DNA of 23,977 nt, from contig JACAFS010000012.1 in NCBI GenBank assembly GCA_013378385.1, positions 1 to 23,977 on the forward strand, written 5' to 3'. Source of the DNA: Nitrososphaerota archaeon. Lineage in GTDB: Archaea > Thermoproteota > Nitrososphaeria > Nitrososphaerales > UBA57. This document shows, one piece after another, positions 7,489 to 15,168 of the stretch; positions within the stretch are counted from its first letter, which is position 1, and every line of letters begins with the position of its first letter. The translations under genes and the position numbers were made by a program. Below the pieces are notes generated by a model that was not told where the DNA came from, did not search any database, and worked only from the letters and a program-made list of their open reading frames with translations.

Positions 7489-8291
7489 TGTCTATTTTAT
7501 TGGATTCTACGTGGCTGAAAGAAAATCTTGACGACTCTCACTTTGTAGTTCTTGATATTCGTTCTCCTCGTGAATACAATTCTGCTCATATTCCTAATTC
7601 TCGATTAGTTCCTTATGCTAAAATCTTGAGTTTCACTGATTCTACATCGTATTTTGATTTGGCTTCTAAAGAGCAAATAGAAGAATTATTGAGCATTCTT
7701 GGTATTAATAACGAATCCACACTTGTAATATGCGGTGATAGAGGTGGAGCTACTGCATCACGCTTATTTTGGTCACTTGCATACTATGGACTTTCAGTAC
7801 AATTTCTAGATATTAGTTTCTCTAAATGGATGTCATTAGGATATCCTGTAACTGATAAAATCGAAACAATTGAAAATTCAAACTTTGTTATTACTCAATC
7901 TCAACTTGACTTCAAAGTTGATCATGAATACGTACTATCTAAAATCAAAGATTCTAATTCTATATTGGTTGATACTCGCAGTCCTGAAGAATTTAATGGA
8001 ATTGTTGCAGCAGGACCTAAATCTGGTAGGATTCCAACCTCAAAAAACTTTCCCTGGGAAGTAGCAGTAGGAGACGATGGATATATATTTAAAAACATAG
8101 AACATCTAAATAGTCTCTTTGAAGAATCTGGAATTACTAAAGATAAAGAAATAATTTGTTATTGTCAAGTTGGAGAAAGAGCATCTCATACTTTTGTAGC
8201 ATTACAAATATGTGGATATAATAATGTTAAAATTTACGACCGATCATTTGCTGATTGGAGTACTAGAGACAATCTTCCTATTGAAAGTTAA
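7488..8291 (+). CDS. Tandem-domain rhodanese (thiosulfate/3-mercaptopyruvate sulfurtransferase family)
   Basis: 267 aa with two rhodanese domains. The C-terminal active-site loop is CQVGERAS (Cys226, TGT 8163-8165). The N-terminal domain loop CGDRGGAT also keeps a Cys (C82, TGC 7731-7733). TAATG overlap with the upstream gene, and a GAGGA box 7 nt upstream. Confidence 0.85.
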   Translation: MSILLDSTWLKENLDDSHFVVLDIRSPREYNSAHIPNSRLVPYAKILSFTDSTSYFDLASKEQIEELLSILGINNESTLVICGDRGGATASRLFWSLAYYGLSVQFLDISFSKWMSLGYPVTDKIETIENSNFVITQSQLDFKVDHEYVLSKIKDSNSILVDTRSPEEFNGIVAAGPKSGRIPTSKNFPWEVAVGDDGYIFKNIEHLNSLFEESGITKDKEIICYCQVGERASHTFVALQICGYNNVKIYDRSFADWSTRDNLPIES

Positions 8292-8296
8292 TCTAA

Positions 8297-8566
8297 TTAA
8301 AATTCATTTGTATTTGAACTAGAATTCATAACAGTTTTTGTAGATATATTTTTCTTGCCTGACGATGTCTTAGATTTTTTCTTTGCTGATACTGCTTTTT
8401 CTTTTTCTAATACAGCACTGAATAATACCACTGTATTTGAACGTGTTGAACCAATACTTACTGAACTACCATAATGAATTATCTCCCATCCATCTTCAGA
8501 TAATTTATTTAATTCTTCTTCAAATGCTTTTTTAGATTGCTCTGCAACAATTTTAAACTGTCTCAT
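8297..8566 (-). CDS. Small hypothetical protein with Lys/Ser-rich tail (possibly DUF4177-like)
   Basis: 89 aa. The N-terminal ~55 aa (KIVAEQSKKAFEEELNKLSEDGWEIIHYG) resemble small DUF4177-type domains, followed by a low-complexity K/S tail. A TATA-like ATTATAT lies upstream on the minus strand. Confidence 0.35.
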   Translation of the reverse strand: MRQFKIVAEQSKKAFEEELNKLSEDGWEIIHYGSSVSIGSTRSNTVVLFSAVLEKEKAVSAKKKSKTSSGKKNISTKTVMNSSSNTNEF

Positions 8567-8607
8567 AGTTATGATAACAGACTTCTTCGATATAATCTTT
8601 ATTATTA

Positions 8608-8620
8608 TTTTTTTTAAAAA
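8608..8620 (-). terminator. Oligo-T tract immediately after the MenA-like stop codon (possible archaeal terminator)
   Basis: The minus strand reads TAA TTTTT AAAAAAAA. Archaeal termination commonly uses short T-runs. Confidence 0.25.
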
Positions 8621-9571
8621 TTAGCTAATATTTTCAGGAAGAATTGTTGTCACTCCAGGGAAATATATTGATAAGAAATACCAAATTAGATAACCTACCA
8701 ATAACAGTACTCCACTTTGTATTGTTCCCATTACAGTGTTTCCCATCGCAGGAATTAATTCCATGATTTTTTCATACTCTTTCTGTAATATGGCATTTGC
8801 AACTCTGAATTTTGGAATAGTAGCCAGTGCAATTATTGTTGTTGGTGGTATTGTGTATGTAACTACTCCAAGTATCAATATGACAAAACCCGCATTAACT
8901 ATGTACTTGTATATTCCTGCGGCACGTTTCTTACCTAATCTTGCAACTAGATGAAATCTTCCTTTTGATTTATCAGCATCTGTATCTGGAAATTGATTAA
9001 TGTACAGTATTCCTGTAGTCATTAATCCTACTATTGATCCAACAACCATTGCTTCCGTACTGATCAAACCACCACTTTGAATGTAATATACACCTGTGAA
9101 TAATAATGGACCGAAATTCAAAAATACAAAAACTTCTCCTAACCCAATTTTTGATAGCACTGGTGAATATGCAACCGATGTAATTATTGCAATTGAAATT
9201 AATGCAATTAATAATGGTGGAAAATTAAATATATAAAGAAAATATAATCCTATCAAAGATCCGATTGCAAGTAGTATTATTCCTCCAATTAAAACACTTT
9301 TTGGAGTTAAAAGATTTTCTGGAAGCACTCTACTTCCGCCACTAAATGGCGTTGGCGTGGTAGCTGTATCTATTCCACTCTTAAAATCAAAATAATCATT
9401 TAAGACATTAACACTTGCATGTATACATACAATTCCAATTAGTGTTAATATGCCATATACTAGATTGAAATACCCATCTAGTAAAGCGACAGTTATTCCA
9501 AGTGGCACAAAAATTGCTGGAAGACTGAGAAATGGAATTCTTAATTCTTTTGCCCAGACTTCTAGTTTCAA
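8621..9571 (-). CDS. UbiA-family aromatic prenyltransferase, MenA-like (1,4-dihydroxy-2-naphthoate polyprenyltransferase-like)
   Basis: 316 aa polytopic protein. NVLNDYFDFKSGID matches the N(D)xxDxxxD motif in its MenA-type form (NDYxDxxxGxD), with a second Asp-rich region at QFPDTDADKSKG. TTG start. Confidence 0.75.
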   Translation of the reverse strand: MKLEVWAKELRIPFLSLPAIFVPLGITVALLDGYFNLVYGILTLIGIVCIHASVNVLNDYFDFKSGIDTATTPTPFSGGSRVLPENLLTPKSVLIGGIILLAIGSLIGLYFLYIFNFPPLLIALISIAIITSVAYSPVLSKIGLGEVFVFLNFGPLLFTGVYYIQSGGLISTEAMVVGSIVGLMTTGILYINQFPDTDADKSKGRFHLVARLGKKRAAGIYKYIVNAGFVILILGVVTYTIPPTTIIALATIPKFRVANAILQKEYEKIMELIPAMGNTVMGTIQSGVLLLVGYLIWYFLSIYFPGVTTILPENIS

Positions 9572-9590
9572 TTAATCACCTTATTTTTTT

Positions 9591-9926
9591 CTAGATATTC
9601 TCAACAAACTCTGTTTTTCCCATAAAGCCAATTTGCTGACCATCTTGCATCAATGGTTTAACATTTAATCTTCCTTTGAAATGTGATCCGTCTTTTCGTA
9701 CTAATTCTACTACGTCCTCCCATTCGCCTTTCTCTGAAGCGGTTTGGAGCAATAACGGGACTAAAGTCTGTAAGTTTGCTTCGATATGAAACATGCCTAC
9801 ATTTCCTTTGCCTACTAATTCATCTCTCGTATAACCGAATAATTCTTCAGCACCTTTGCCGAATTCGGTTATAGTTCCTTTTAAATCACATGCTATTCCA
9901 GATACTGGAAATTTCTCTTCACTCAT
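9591..9926 (-). CDS. Stand-alone PAS-domain protein
   Basis: About 111 aa with a PAS-like core (DLKGTITEFGKGAEELFGYTRDELVGKGNVGMFH ... VRKDGSHFKGRLNVKPL). The ATG at 9926 is preferred; an upstream GTG at 9935 is also possible. Its stop lies 19 nt before the MenA-like start. Confidence 0.6.
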   Translation of the reverse strand: MSEEKFPVSGIACDLKGTITEFGKGAEELFGYTRDELVGKGNVGMFHIEANLQTLVPLLLQTASEKGEWEDVVELVRKDGSHFKGRLNVKPLMQDGQQIGFMGKTEFVENI

Positions 9927-9993
9927 AATTACCACTCCACCATGGTAATAAATAAACCTTGTTAGATAAATAACCTGAAACCCTGATAATACT

Positions 9994-11145
9994 GTGATAT
10001 TTTATACATTATTGGAAATTATTATTCCGATACTGGCATTATCTTGGTTTCTTATTCTTCTTTTCCGAATATTCAGTTTTTTCAATATAGATAAATTAAG
10101 TTTAGACGAAGACCCTCTGCATACTCCGTTAATCTCAATTATCATTCCCGCTAGAAATGAAAAATTAAATATCCTTCGTTGTTTAGAATCCATACAGAAA
10201 CAAACTTATAGTAATTTTGAGGTAATTGTCGTAGACGATAATTCTACTGACGATACATACCATATTGCCAATCAGTTTTGTCAGAATGATGATAGATTCT
10301 CGCTTTTAAAATTAAACAATGATGATAAAACTTGGGTCGGAAAAAACCGCGCATGTCATGAAGGATCTCAAATATCCAATGGTTCATTATTATTATTTAT
10401 CGACGCTGATACGGAACACCAAACTAATTCAATCAAATCTTCTTTATCCTATATGCAAAATAATAATCTTGATGTATTCACTATGTTTCCTCAATTAACG
10501 TGTTCTGACTTTTGGGGGAAACTTATTTTACCTATTTTGATTTCTATGATTAATATATTATATTCTCCTTTATTATTAAACTCAAAAAGTACATCTGTCG
10601 CTTATCTTGTTGGCGGTTTTATCTTAATTAAAAAACAGATATATGATGATATTGGCGGTCATGAAAGTGTAAAATCATCCTTTGTTGAAGATAAATCTCT
10701 TGGCGAACGTCTTAAAAAATCTGGTTATAATCTAAAACTGATACGTTCTGGTGATTCTGTTAAAACTTATTCTAATACTGGCTTTACCAATAATATTGAT
10801 GCTATACAACGTGCAACATCTGCATCATTTATAGAATCTCATTTGTTTCTTGGATTAATTTCTATCTTTCTCGCGTTTATAGGCCTTGTACTTCCTTATT
10901 TTCTAATCTTTTTTGTAACTTCATTGGAAATTTTATATTCTATCCTGATTCTTCTCACTATAACTTTTATGGGTATATCGTATCTTATCGAATTTGTTGA
11001 TATTAATCATTCTAAGTTGTATGTACTCTTCCAACCAATTACTAATCTGATATTCTTTTACTGTATGATTTTTTCAGTCTTTAAAATATATTCAAATTCT
11101 TCATTTGTTTGGCGTGAACGTGCTTATACAAAAAAACAATTATAG
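9994..11145 (+). CDS. Integral-membrane family-2 glycosyltransferase
   Basis: ISIIIPARNEKLNILRCLESIQKQTYSNFEVIVVDDNSTDDT is a classic GT2 N-terminal signature, and LLFIDADT provides the DxD. One N-terminal TM helix and several C-terminal TM helices. GTG start. Confidence 0.8.
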   Translation: MIFYTLLEIIIPILALSWFLILLFRIFSFFNIDKLSLDEDPLHTPLISIIIPARNEKLNILRCLESIQKQTYSNFEVIVVDDNSTDDTYHIANQFCQNDDRFSLLKLNNDDKTWVGKNRACHEGSQISNGSLLLFIDADTEHQTNSIKSSLSYMQNNNLDVFTMFPQLTCSDFWGKLILPILISMINILYSPLLLNSKSTSVAYLVGGFILIKKQIYDDIGGHESVKSSFVEDKSLGERLKKSGYNLKLIRSGDSVKTYSNTGFTNNIDAIQRATSASFIESHLFLGLISIFLAFIGLVLPYFLIFFVTSLEILYSILILLTITFMGISYLIEFVDINHSKLYVLFQPITNLIFFYCMIFSVFKIYSNSSFVWRERAYTKKQL

Positions 11146-11763
11146 ATCTATATCTCTTTGTCTTCTGTATCCAAAATACGGTCTTAGATACAATCCAAAT
11201 ACTATTCCTACAATTAATCCTGCTAAATGCGCGCCATGTGCTATTCCTGAAGGGGCAGACAATCCAACAACGTCAATGAACGCATATGCTGCAGTTAATA
11301 TTATTATTGGCACAGGTAATAGTCCCCAAACATATACCGACATAAATGGAGCTAGAACTGACAATGTACCCATTAGACCATAAGCTGCACCAGACGCGCC
11401 TATTGCTGGTATCATGTTGTTTGACGCAGTCACAAGATATCCTATATTTCCAACTATTCCAGCAGATATGAATATTATCAAAAATCTGTTACTTCCCAAC
11501 AATCTTTCTAAATATGACCCAAAGAAAAATAATGCAAACATATTGAACAATAAATGATTAAAATCTGCATGAAGAAATACTGAAGTTATTAAAGTCCATG
11601 GCCATTTTATTGCCAGTGCAGGGAAAAATGCAAAATATTGCCAAATCTCTGGACCAAGAATATTTTGCAATATAAAAAATATAACTGATATTCCAATAAA
11701 CCTCAGAGTCCATTTTGTTTGTGGAATCCTTGGCTGTCTGTAACTATCTCCGTTGAATTCCAT
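11140..11763 (-). CDS. Rhomboid-family intramembrane serine protease
   Basis: 207 aa with FLHADFNHLLFNM (HxxxxHxxxN), GASGAAYGLMG (catalytic GxSG) and AHGAHLAGLIVG (catalytic His). Its 3' end overlaps the GT2 gene by 6 nt in convergent orientation. Confidence 0.85.
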   Translation of the reverse strand: MEFNGDSYRQPRIPQTKWTLRFIGISVIFFILQNILGPEIWQYFAFFPALAIKWPWTLITSVFLHADFNHLLFNMFALFFFGSYLERLLGSNRFLIIFISAGIVGNIGYLVTASNNMIPAIGASGAAYGLMGTLSVLAPFMSVYVWGLLPVPIIILTAAYAFIDVVGLSAPSGIAHGAHLAGLIVGIVFGLYLRPYFGYRRQRDIDL

Positions 11764-11847
11764 ATCTATCTACTTATAATTCTTGTATTATAAAATATTA
11801 GTCTATTACTGTGTTATAATTAATAGTGACCAATAATATTGTAAATT

Positions 11848-12723
11848 ATGGATAAATCCAAGTCTTTGCGTAAACTTCTCGAAACAAACAAACCTATATT
11901 TGTACCTGGAGTATATGACGCATTAAGTGCAAAAATCGCACAACAAGTGGGATTCGATGCAGTTTTTCATACAGGATATGGAACTGCCGCAACTTTACTT
12001 GGCGTTCCTGACATTGGTCTTGTAAGTTTTTCGGAAATGAAAGAAAGAGTTTCTAATATCTGTAATTCTATTGATATTCCTGTAATTGCTGATGCAGATA
12101 CTGGTTATGGTAATTCTCTGAATACTATGAGGACTGTCAAAGATTATATTCGTTCAGGCGCAGCAGGACTTATTCTTGAAGACCAAGTATGGCCAAAAAA
12201 ATGCGGACATATGGAAGGAAAATTAGTCATTCCCATAGATGAGATGGAATCAAAAATAATTGCAGCTGCACAAAGTCGAAAAGAAGAAAAATCAGATTTG
12301 GTGATTGTAGGACGTACTGATAGTTTAGCAGTCGAAGGAGTAGATATGGCTATTGATAGAGTTAAACGTTATAGTAAAGCTGGTGCAGATCTTTTATTTA
12401 TAGAAGCTCCTAACAAAGTCGACGAACTAGAAATTATTGCAAAACAAGTGAAACTTCCATTATTATTAAACCAATTAGAAGGAGGACGCACTCCTTTAAT
12501 TTCTATGAAAAAGGCAAAAAAAATTGGTTTTAAAATTATCTTATTTCCTTTGACATCTCTTTACGCATCTACTAAGGCCGTATTTGATTCTTTGTCTTAT
12601 CTAAAGAAACACCAAACCTCTCTTGGTATTGAAGATCAATTAATTACCTTTGATAAATTCAATCAACTCGTTAATCACGATGATTTGATTAAATTAGAAA
12701 AGAAATTATCTAATAGAAAATAA
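11848..12723 (+). CDS. Isocitrate lyase/PEP mutase-family enzyme (methylisocitrate lyase / carboxyvinyl-carboxyphosphonate phosphorylmutase-like)
   Basis: 291 aa with PGVYDALSAKIAQQVGFDAVFHTGYG, DADTGYGN and LEDQVWPKKCGHMEGK, the family K(K/R)CGH loop. Confidence 0.8.
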   Translation: MDKSKSLRKLLETNKPIFVPGVYDALSAKIAQQVGFDAVFHTGYGTAATLLGVPDIGLVSFSEMKERVSNICNSIDIPVIADADTGYGNSLNTMRTVKDYIRSGAAGLILEDQVWPKKCGHMEGKLVIPIDEMESKIIAAAQSRKEEKSDLVIVGRTDSLAVEGVDMAIDRVKRYSKAGADLLFIEAPNKVDELEIIAKQVKLPLLLNQLEGGRTPLISMKKAKKIGFKIILFPLTSLYASTKAVFDSLSYLKKHQTSLGIEDQLITFDKFNQLVNHDDLIKLEKKLSNRK

Positions 12724-13872
12724 TTATTTTATATATTCTTGAATCTTCTCTTTACAAATTTCTATTCCATTGTATTTCGAAGTTAGGCTTCTAAAATTAT
12801 TTGTAGCCTTTAAAAATTTACCATCGTTTAATACTGATTCAACATTTTCAACTAATGAATAATCATCTTCTTCCATATGTATTCCTAAATTTAATTCATC
12901 AATTCTCTTTGCATTTTGTATCTGTTCGCTTTGTCCTTTTATTGGTACTATTATTGATGGTTTTCCTAAAGATACTGCATTTCCTATACTCGAATGACCT
13001 CCTCGTATTATTACACAGTCGGATATATCGAACATCTCTCTCCAAGGACACCATTCAAATTCAGTCCAATACTCTTTCTTTTTTGGTATAGATTCTCCAT
13101 TTGGATCGCCTTTGGAAATTATAATATTATACTCGTCTTTTATTGATTCAATCTGTTCAATGATTCTATTATAAGCACTTAATCTTGATTGTTTTGGTCC
13201 GCTTATTTGCACGTATATCGTACTCTTTTTTCCATCTATCTTCAACTCATTAATTATTGATTTCTTTCTTTTTTCATCTAATTCTTTGGCTAGAAATCCG
13301 ATATATCTTAATTTAGTTTTTATTGAGTCTATTCCTTCTATATTTTCCTTACATATTGTATAAGGAGGCGGCAAATCTGGAATGAATATCTCGTCTGCAT
13401 AATTCCAGAAATGTGCTAATAGCTGTCCATTGATTTTCTCTAATCTTCTTTTACGTGTATTCCTGATTTCTACTAATAATTTGATTTGATTAAGAATTAC
13501 AATTGATGGTATTCCCATCTTATTTGCACACAAAACCGGAGATAGCCTTGAATCACTAAATACTATATTTGGTTTATATTTTTTCAAGAATCGTAATTCT
13601 TCTTCTAGATGATATAAAAAAGTTCCTGCTAATACTGGAAGTCTAATTATTGTTCTTGTTGTTGATACTGTTCCATCATCTTTCCAAGATATATCTAATG
13701 GACGAATTTTTTTACATTGAAATTTATTTGCCACTAAAAATTCATAACCATCTTTGAATGAACTGAATGTATATGTAAAGTCTTTATTCAATGAACTTGC
13801 AATTAATGACGCTCTATTTGCATGTCCTACTCCTGATCCATATGTGGGAAAATATACCTTCTTTTTCAACAC
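12724..13872 (-). CDS. GT-B fold glycosyltransferase (GT28/GT1, MurG/MGT-like)
   Basis: 382 aa. The N-terminal GSGVGHANR glycine-rich loop and the C-terminal IIRGGHSSIGNAVSLGKPSIIVPIKGQSEQIQNA resemble the nucleotide-sugar binding domain of MurG/UDP-glycosyltransferases. GTG or TTG start. Confidence 0.6.
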   Translation of the reverse strand: MLKKKVYFPTYGSGVGHANRASLIASSLNKDFTYTFSSFKDGYEFLVANKFQCKKIRPLDISWKDDGTVSTTRTIIRLPVLAGTFLYHLEEELRFLKKYKPNIVFSDSRLSPVLCANKMGIPSIVILNQIKLLVEIRNTRKRRLEKINGQLLAHFWNYADEIFIPDLPPPYTICKENIEGIDSIKTKLRYIGFLAKELDEKRKKSIINELKIDGKKSTIYVQISGPKQSRLSAYNRIIEQIESIKDEYNIIISKGDPNGESIPKKKEYWTEFEWCPWREMFDISDCVIIRGGHSSIGNAVSLGKPSIIVPIKGQSEQIQNAKRIDELNLGIHMEEDDYSLVENVESVLNDGKFLKATNNFRSLTSKYNGIEICKEKIQEYIK

Positions 13873-13890
13873 GTTATCGCCTCAAGGTTA

Positions 13891-15156
13891 TCAAAAGTCA
13901 ACTTCTTTCTCTAACACTCTGCCAGTTCCAGGACTAGCAATTATCTTTTTTCCATCAAATACTACTTGACCATTAATTATCGTCTTTGCAACTACTCCTA
14001 AAATCTGATTACCATCAAATGGCGAATTCTTTGCTTTAGACAAAAAATTATTAACATTTATTGTATTCATCTTATTCTCATTAATCACTATCAAATCTGC
14101 ATTATACCCTTCTTTAATCTGACCAATATTTCTTAATCCAAATCTTTTGATTGGATTATCTACCAATATCTCATAGATTCTCTGTAGCGTAATCTTATTT
14201 TTCATATACAAATCAATCATCAAAGGCAGAGTTATTTCTAGACCTGGAAAACCTGGCTTTCCTTCATCTTTATCTCTTAATGAATGTGGCGCATGATCAG
14301 TTCCTATAATATCAATTCCCCCATCCACCACGCTGTTAAATATTGTTTCTTGATTTTCTTTATCCCTTAAAGGAGGCTCACAGTAATGTTTTTCACTATT
14401 TGTCTTCTCTGTATTCAGAATCATATGATGTGGCGTTGCTTCACATGATATATCTACAATCGACTTGTTATTCTTAATCGCTTCAATACCTTCTTTTGTT
14501 GAAACATGTACAAAATGTATTTTACAATTTGTTTGTTTTGCTAGTTTTATGATTCTATTTATGGCATGAACTTCTGATTCGGTAGTATGGTTGTTATTTT
14601 GATCAAATAATTGATGATCTTCTGCATGCACTGCTAATATTGAATCACATTCACTTATTCTATTCATAATTCTAATCAAATTCACATCTGATAAATCCTG
14701 TTCCTTGAATGGCTTATGTAAATATATCTTGAATGCAATTGTATTTGATAATCTTAATTGATTTACATCCTCAGATCTGATAGGCGAACTATAGAATCCA
14801 ACGTTACAAAAAATTCTATTTTTCGCATTATTCTGTCGTTTTTTTAATTCTTTTACGTTAATTATGGGTGGATTTGTATTCGGCATATCTAATACAGTTG
14901 TAAATCCTCCTGCCACTGCTGCCTGCGTTCCTGAAATAAAATCTTCTTTATATGAAAATTCTGAATCTCTTAAATGCGAATGCACATCTACGCATCCAGG
15001 AAATACAATGTTGTTCTCTACATCTATTGAAACATCCGCTTCAGGAATGTTGTCCTGATTTCCCAATTTTGATATTTTTCCATCTTTAATTGATATTGTG
15101 ATATTTTCTAGATTACTGTTTATCCACACTCTTCCATTTATTATATTTAGATTCAT
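13891..15156 (-). CDS. pyrC: Dihydroorotase
   Basis: 421 aa with PGCVDVHSHLRD (metal-binding HxH), AVHAED, HFVHVST and GTDHAPH, in the canonical order of amidohydrolase/DHOase motifs. Confidence 0.85.
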   Translation of the reverse strand: MNLNIINGRVWINSNLENITISIKDGKISKLGNQDNIPEADVSIDVENNIVFPGCVDVHSHLRDSEFSYKEDFISGTQAAVAGGFTTVLDMPNTNPPIINVKELKKRQNNAKNRIFCNVGFYSSPIRSEDVNQLRLSNTIAFKIYLHKPFKEQDLSDVNLIRIMNRISECDSILAVHAEDHQLFDQNNNHTTESEVHAINRIIKLAKQTNCKIHFVHVSTKEGIEAIKNNKSIVDISCEATPHHMILNTEKTNSEKHYCEPPLRDKENQETIFNSVVDGGIDIIGTDHAPHSLRDKDEGKPGFPGLEITLPLMIDLYMKNKITLQRIYEILVDNPIKRFGLRNIGQIKEGYNADLIVINENKMNTINVNNFLSKAKNSPFDGNQILGVVAKTIINGQVVFDGKKIIASPGTGRVLEKEVDF

Positions 15157-15168
15157 CTCAATTCATTC

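Noticed and set aside
11105-11383. 92-aa + strand ORF overlapping the rhomboid gene, and other antisense ORFs in metK, pdxS, pdxT, pyrG, pyrC, GT-B, GT2 and PAS (for example 19559-19801, 20236-20763, 21080-21610, 22932-23141, 14864-15058, 12855-13091, 10002-10193, 9683-9874 and 8736-8954)
   Set aside because: All lie opposite strongly supported housekeeping genes and lack motifs.
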